Origin: Lentisphaerae bacterium GWF2_50_93
GTDB taxonomy: Bacteria; Verrucomicrobiota; Lentisphaeria; Victivallales; GWF2-50-93
Reading direction: 5' to 3'
Assembly (NCBI GenBank): GCA_001804815.1
Contig: MHBI01000088.1
Coordinates: 12,224 to 76,223 of the forward strand
Length of the DNA: 64,000 bases
Under the pieces are notes generated by a model. The model ran no database searches and was not told the DNA's origin. It worked only from the letters and a program-made list of their open reading frames with translations. The position numbers and the translations under genes were made by a program. Below, piece after piece: positions 59,537 to 64,000 of the stretch; position 1 is the first letter of the stretch, and each line of letters begins with the position of its first letter.

Positions 59537-62095
59537 TCAGTCGGCATCCAGGATTTTCTGGCAGATCTGGCTGATCTGCTGGACGGGGAACGGGGAATAC
59601 AAGACGGAAGAGGAGATGTCTCTGCGGTATAATGATTTCCAGTTGTCCTTTTCCCTGATGAATGAATTGAAGTCTATGATCTTCTCGATGCCGTAGTCCC
59701 TTTTCAGGTCGTTCCTTATCCCCTTTACGAGTTCGTTCTCAACCGGATTATTCTCAAGGGAAGGATAAGGTGTGGCGAGGATGATGTTCCTGACTTTCTT
59801 ATTGGCTTGTGCGGTCTGGATGATCGCCGACAATGTCCGCATCTGCAGTCTGGCCGGAACGCCCATGTCGGTGTCCCACACAGACGGTATGATCAGCACA
59901 CCGTCCGCATCGGAGCCGGCGATGCTGCGGATCACGTTTCCGAGGTTTGCGGCCATCGTGGGAACCTCGTCCTTTTTCCCCCAGGCCACGAATTCCATGT
60001 TTATACTGCTGCTCTTGAAAAGCCTTTCGAGCTGATTGCCGAACGTATTTCCATTCTCTCCGAAATCATCGGCAACCACCAGCATTTTCCTGGTGGGGGT
60101 CACCTCCTTCAAAAGAGACTGCGCGAAAGACCATGTCCGTTTCTCCGACAGGGAGAGCCGATGAAGGACCGGAACCACTTTCCCGCCCTGCGGATCCAGG
60201 AATGACTCGCTGACAGCGTCATATTTCAGCAGGGGGCAGTCCGCAAGCGGGATAAAACGAATTATCTCCTCGGAGATCTGAAGCGGCGGCACGCTGGCGC
60301 TGAATTTCAGTTTAAGAGGATCCTTGGCGAAGGATTCCCCTTTGAGCTCAATCTTCCTTTTAAAGACAAACGGCTGGGCGAAAGGATCCGTTTCGATGTT
60401 TTTACGTGGTTCAAGTTCAAGCCATGTCGTGTTCTGCTTGAGAGTCTGGTTCTCATGGTCCGGCCTGATCTTCAGAAGGATCCGGCTCTCCAGAGGGAGG
60501 TTTGAGATGATCTCCATGGTCATTTCAAGGGTTTCGTCGTCGAATATCAACGGAGGCGCCATGAGCCTCATGAATATGTCGGGCTCTATATGCTTGCTGT
60601 CGCTTTCCTTGAGAAGCTCGCCGGGTATCTCGATTTTTATGTCGGTGAACGCCTTCTCCTTTGAAGAGAGGAAAATCTGGGATTCCGACTTCCTGAGCGG
60701 CGCGAATGAAACCTGGCTGTTCTCCGAGACAACTTCTCCATCCACCTTCCATAGCGGAGTGAAACTGCTGCCGGCCTTCTCCACCTCGCAGTCCAGCCAG
60801 TCGGCCTTGTTGTCGCGGTCTATGAAGAAATATCCGTTGACCTTGTATCTGACGATGGGACTTCTCACGCCATCCTTGTCGGAACAGCTTATTATCGAGG
60901 CCCGGTACGCGGGAGTGAAATCCTTCTCTTCCAGGACGTTGAATTCCTGTTCTCCAGGCTTCTTCCAGGCGGCGGAAGCATACGGCCCCCCCCTTCCCTT
61001 CTGGAAATAGAAGTACATGGGATGCAGGCCCGGCTCGAGATAGATTTCACCCGTCCTGTCCCAGCCATCCGACTTTTCGTGCCTGTACGGCCAGCCGACT
61101 ATGGGAGTATCGCCAATCACCAGATTGCTTGCATCGCGCGAATTTATCGCGAAGACATATATTCCAGGTTCGGAGATCAGGAGGCTGCCGGAGAACTGCG
61201 CCGAGAAATTCTTGATCTTAGTGGATGGATTCTGGTCTATGAATACTTTTTTCACGGCCGTACTTTCCAGCGCCCTGGCATCAGGCCTGAAGAATTTTTC
61301 AATCTCCCGTTCCCTGTCCCTGAATTTTTTCAGGTCTCCGGGAGGAACGCCCTTAGCCTTGTTGCTGGCAGCTGTCCTCCTCTCCTCTATATCCATCTTC
61401 TCAGCATCGATCTGTTTCTTCATCTCCACTGCTTTCTCATCCTTCAGGGATTCCAGCTTTTTCAACAGGAAGTTGAGCCTCTGCTCCCGGCCGAAGACTT
61501 CCTTCTCGGCCTTCTTCACCTCAAGGTATTTCCTGTAGTTGCTGTTCGCAAGCATGTCGGCTTCCGGAGGAGTGGATACCCTGTCGTTTGCGATACGGAG
61601 CCTGAGCTTCTGGGTTTCCGGCACTTTTCCAAGCTCCGACTCGTTCCAGCTGTCAAAGGGGTGCAGTTCATCGTATCCGAAATAAATATGAAGCTTTTCG
61701 TCGCTTGCGGCCCCGCCGGTGAAAAGCACGAGGCTTTCCTTGTCGAGCAGATGCGGGACCTTCCTGCCTCCGTCGGTATAGACTGCGACACCTTTGTCCA
61801 GGCTGGATGGGAAAATCATGCCATGCAGATCGATATACAGGATTACATTCGGCTTCTCCGGCTTCACTTCAAGACGGAATTTCGCGCTGTTGTCATTCCA
61901 TTCCGCAAGAAGCGGGAGTCCGGACAATAGCAGCAGCAGGCAAAGGATTTTCCTAGCGGTGATTGCAAACTTACCTATAGGAAATGCAAAAATAAAGGAG
62001 GGCGGACTTTCCAGTCCGCCATTTGAACTGGATTTCCGCGGGTAAGAAAACCCGCGCTCCTTTAAATATTGAATATTTCGGCTGTCTCTTATCAT
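59537..62095 (-). CDS. 852-aa membrane-anchored protein with coiled-coil, PA14-like domain and a degenerate SGNH/GDSL-like C-terminal domain
   Basis: The ATG at 62095 overlaps the upstream stop (ATGA). The anchor is ARKILCLLLLLSGLPLLA. A K/E-rich coiled coil follows. The PA14-like segment is FSAQFSGSLLISEPGIYVFAINSRDASNLVIGDTPIV...GEIYLEPGLHPMYFYFQKG. The C-terminus MLVVADDFGENGNTF...VLIIPSVWDTD resembles an SGNH fold, but the GDS serine is absent. Confidence 0.6.
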   Translation of the reverse strand: MIRDSRNIQYLKERGFSYPRKSSSNGGLESPPSFIFAFPIGKFAITARKILCLLLLLSGLPLLAEWNDNSAKFRLEVKPEKPNVILYIDLHGMIFPSSLDKGVAVYTDGGRKVPHLLDKESLVLFTGGAASDEKLHIYFGYDELHPFDSWNESELGKVPETQKLRLRIANDRVSTPPEADMLANSNYRKYLEVKKAEKEVFGREQRLNFLLKKLESLKDEKAVEMKKQIDAEKMDIEERRTAASNKAKGVPPGDLKKFRDREREIEKFFRPDARALESTAVKKVFIDQNPSTKIKNFSAQFSGSLLISEPGIYVFAINSRDASNLVIGDTPIVGWPYRHEKSDGWDRTGEIYLEPGLHPMYFYFQKGRGGPYASAAWKKPGEQEFNVLEEKDFTPAYRASIISCSDKDGVRSPIVRYKVNGYFFIDRDNKADWLDCEVEKAGSSFTPLWKVDGEVVSENSQVSFAPLRKSESQIFLSSKEKAFTDIKIEIPGELLKESDSKHIEPDIFMRLMAPPLIFDDETLEMTMEIISNLPLESRILLKIRPDHENQTLKQNTTWLELEPRKNIETDPFAQPFVFKRKIELKGESFAKDPLKLKFSASVPPLQISEEIIRFIPLADCPLLKYDAVSESFLDPQGGKVVPVLHRLSLSEKRTWSFAQSLLKEVTPTRKMLVVADDFGENGNTFGNQLERLFKSSSINMEFVAWGKKDEVPTMAANLGNVIRSIAGSDADGVLIIPSVWDTDMGVPARLQMRTLSAIIQTAQANKKVRNIILATPYPSLENNPVENELVKGIRNDLKRDYGIEKIIDFNSFIREKDNWKSLYRRDISSSVLYSPFPVQQISQICQKILDAD

Positions 62096-64000
62096 TTTGT
62101 TTCCAGCCCCCCGGTAACGGCGGCATTATTCCCCGCACTTGGGTTTTCCGGTTTTATTTTCATTGCGATGTCTATCTTGAACGGAGGGAGTTCTACTTTC
62201 AGGTCTCCGTTTTCAGCCACAGCGGCAATGTCCGTCTTGATGGTCTCACCCGTCATCGTGTCGAGGAAATCGACCTTGAAACCGGAATTCTGCGGGAATC
62301 CCTTCAATACGATCATGTGATCCTCGAGCGGTTCGACCGAGGAGACGTCCTCGGGATAGTTCTCCAGGCAGGATTTCTTGAACGCCCATGCGTAGTATTC
62401 CTTGTGGTTCCCGGCCGACATGCAGCGATATAAGGCGTTGTTGACGGCCCCCTCCTTTGAAACGACCTGCAGTTCGGGGAAGGTGAAATTTTTGTTCCTC
62501 GGATCGATGTCCTTCATGAAAAGGGAGAATCCGCGGAAATGCTGGTATTTGCCCTTGTCGTGTATGAAGTCGTGCCACCAGAGGAAGGGCGAGCCCGCCT
62601 GTTCGCAGAAGAACGAGGACCATAATCCGGCGTGCAGGTCGGCCTCGAGGGCGCTGAAAGCGCTGCCGTGGGGGTTGCCTCCGTATTCCGTTATGAGAAG
62701 GGGCTTCTTCAGCTCCCTCAGTTTTTCGGTATGCTTGACCATGTGGTCGACGAATGGAGTATTGTCGCGGTATGCGTCGCCGACGACATAGGAGATCTCG
62801 GGGAGCTCATAGAATTTCCGGTGCTTGATGGGATTGTTGTATTCTCCGCATGTATGGGTCGTAAGGATGTGCCTCCCGGAATCCAGTGCCATGAAATGAT
62901 CCGCCGCCATCTTGTGCCATTCGACGCTCCTGCCGCTGTTGTATACCTCATCATGCTTGGTGATCAGGTCTATCTCGCTCCAGAACTCGAATCCGAAGAT
63001 GTTCGTATAGGCGCCCCATCGCGCGGCAACGTACCGGTTCCGGTTCAGATAATATCTTTCGGCTTCCTTGTCGGTGAAGAAGTCCTTGGGCAGATCGAGC
63101 ATGGCGCCGTCGGCCGCCGCGAACGGCGTCTTCTTGTTGTGCGGTGAATTGTCCCATTCAGGATCGGTGCTGCTTGAGAGCTTTCCGTGGTTGTCGAGGA
63201 CGAGATGGACATAAATCCCCTTCTGCCTGGCGTCGTCAAGGACATGGTCGAGCCGCCAGGCGTTGAACAGGTTGTAGCGTCCGAGTCCATAGTAGTCGGT
63301 CCTGGAGCTTGTCCATTCAAGCGCGAACGACCAGGCCGCCATCCATATCTCCACGGCGTTGACGCCGTTCTTCGACATGGCGGAAAAATATTCCTCATAG
63401 GAGTAGGTGCCCCTGTCCGGACGGTATCCAAGCTTAAGTTCCGTTTCGCTCCTGACATCCTTGACCGAATGTATGTTGAAGCCTATCGGATAGAAGAATT
63501 CCCCGGTGCTTAATTCGAAATAGCGCTTATCGTCCTGGCATACGCGTACGACGCCCGGATTTCCAGCGGGTTCGACCTCCAGCTTGAAATAAGGGGTCGT
63601 GATTTCATTTTTAACGGCATCGGTGAAGTCCGTGGCGACAATCCGGTATTTGTATGTGCCTGAATCCGAGGGCGTGAAACGGAAGGCCCAGTGCGCCTTG
63701 CCTGCAGGAGTCCTCATCTCACGGTTGAAATGAAGCTGTCTGACGTAGTCCATCGTGAAATATGCCGGAACAGTGATCTCCTTTGAATCCGGAGTCAGGA
63801 CCTGCACGTCGACCTTGATCTCATCGGCGTTGAACGGATTGAAATATTCCCTGGAAAGTTCGAAATGCCCTTCGACCATCTTGTTTATCTGGGTCTTGTC
63901 GGGATGTTCGAGATTCATGAAGTGGAACTCGGGGGGGATCCTTTCCCCGGAAAGCTTGAGATCACGGCATGACAACCTGATCTGCCTGTTCTCCGCACCG
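62092..64000 (-). CDS. Clan GH-A-like TIM-barrel glycoside hydrolase with an Ig-like N-terminal domain (5' end cut by window edge)
   Basis: The frame stays open to nt 64000, and the track start at 63975 is a TTG. The N-terminal beta-sandwich-like part is FELSREYFNPFNADEIKVDVQVLTPD...YKYRIVATD. The barrel part is NAVEIWMAAWSFALEW...VHLVLDNHG...PLLITEYGG, where NH and ITE-x-G are positions typical of the acid/base and nucleophile. Confidence 0.6.
   Translation of the reverse strand, partial: GAENRQIRLSCRDLKLSGERIPPEFHFMNLEHPDKTQINKMVEGHFELSREYFNPFNADEIKVDVQVLTPDSKEITVPAYFTMDYVRQLHFNREMRTPAGKAHWAFRFTPSDSGTYKYRIVATDFTDAVKNEITTPYFKLEVEPAGNPGVVRVCQDDKRYFELSTGEFFYPIGFNIHSVKDVRSETELKLGYRPDRGTYSYEEYFSAMSKNGVNAVEIWMAAWSFALEWTSSRTDYYGLGRYNLFNAWRLDHVLDDARQKGIYVHLVLDNHGKLSSSTDPEWDNSPHNKKTPFAAADGAMLDLPKDFFTDKEAERYYLNRNRYVAARWGAYTNIFGFEFWSEIDLITKHDEVYNSGRSVEWHKMAADHFMALDSGRHILTTHTCGEYNNPIKHRKFYELPEISYVVGDAYRDNTPFVDHMVKHTEKLRELKKPLLITEYGGNPHGSAFSALEADLHAGLWSSFFCEQAGSPFLWWHDFIHDKGKYQHFRGFSLFMKDIDPRNKNFTFPELQVVSKEGAVNNALYRCMSAGNHKEYYAWAFKKSCLENYPEDVSSVEPLEDHMIVLKGFPQNSGFKVDFLDTMTGETIKTDIAAVAENGDLKVELPPFKIDIAMKIKPENPSAGNNAAVTGGLETK

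Noticed and set aside
1-64000. tRNA, rRNA, tmRNA, riboswitch, transposase, integrase or prophage genes
   Set aside because: I could recognise no conserved tRNA T-arm or anticodon-arm patterns or rRNA segments. All large ORFs are accounted for by other families. The small structured repeats are better explained as MITE- or REP-like elements. A covariance-model scan would be needed to exclude small ncRNAs.

Overview
This is a 64-kb chromosomal window from a glycan-foraging bacterium. A PVC-type origin (Lentisphaerota- or Verrucomicrobiota-like) is only a low-confidence guess from gene content.

Layout:
- Left edge (1-7.1 kb): polysaccharide-utilisation genes. These are a heparinase II/III-like lyase truncated by the window edge, an MDR oxidoreductase, a sialate O-acetylesterase carrying an in-frame octapeptide tandem repeat, and a ketose-epimerase-like TIM barrel. 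They sit in unusually dense MITE-like palindromic repeats.
- Centre (7.8-46.9 kb): six co-directional giant genes, about 12,600 codons in total. They encode a 4503-aa DUF4347/beta-helix protein, a 2306-aa M6 metalloprotease, three tandem paralogous Sec-signal/BNR-propeller Rhs (YD-repeat) proteins with short variable hydrophobic C-terminal tips and no immunity-sized ORFs, and a 985-aa YD/PPC/Fn3-like protein that shares its C-terminal module with the M6 protease.
- Right (47.2-59.3 kb): two IclR regulators and three QueG/RdhA-superfamily-like Fe-S proteins, one of which is a tandem fusion. There is also a VapBC pair and a compact PadR + (HAAS-like / multi-TM / VIT / vWA / PEP-CTERM) + exosortase + EpsI-like module.
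- Right edge: a convergent PA14-domain protein and a clan GH-A-like glycosidase, truncated by the window edge.

I recognised no rRNA, tRNA, CRISPR array, transposase, integrase or phage genes.

The candidates most worth follow-up are the Rhs array with its bookend proteins, the PadR/PEP-CTERM/exosortase module, the QueG/RdhA-like paralogues, and a family of 8-bp-periodic GGAT hairpin elements.

All domain calls come from motif recognition by eye, and identities are visual estimates. The ORF track uses non-ATG starts in places: TTG at 265 and 63975, GTG at 51607 and 55216.
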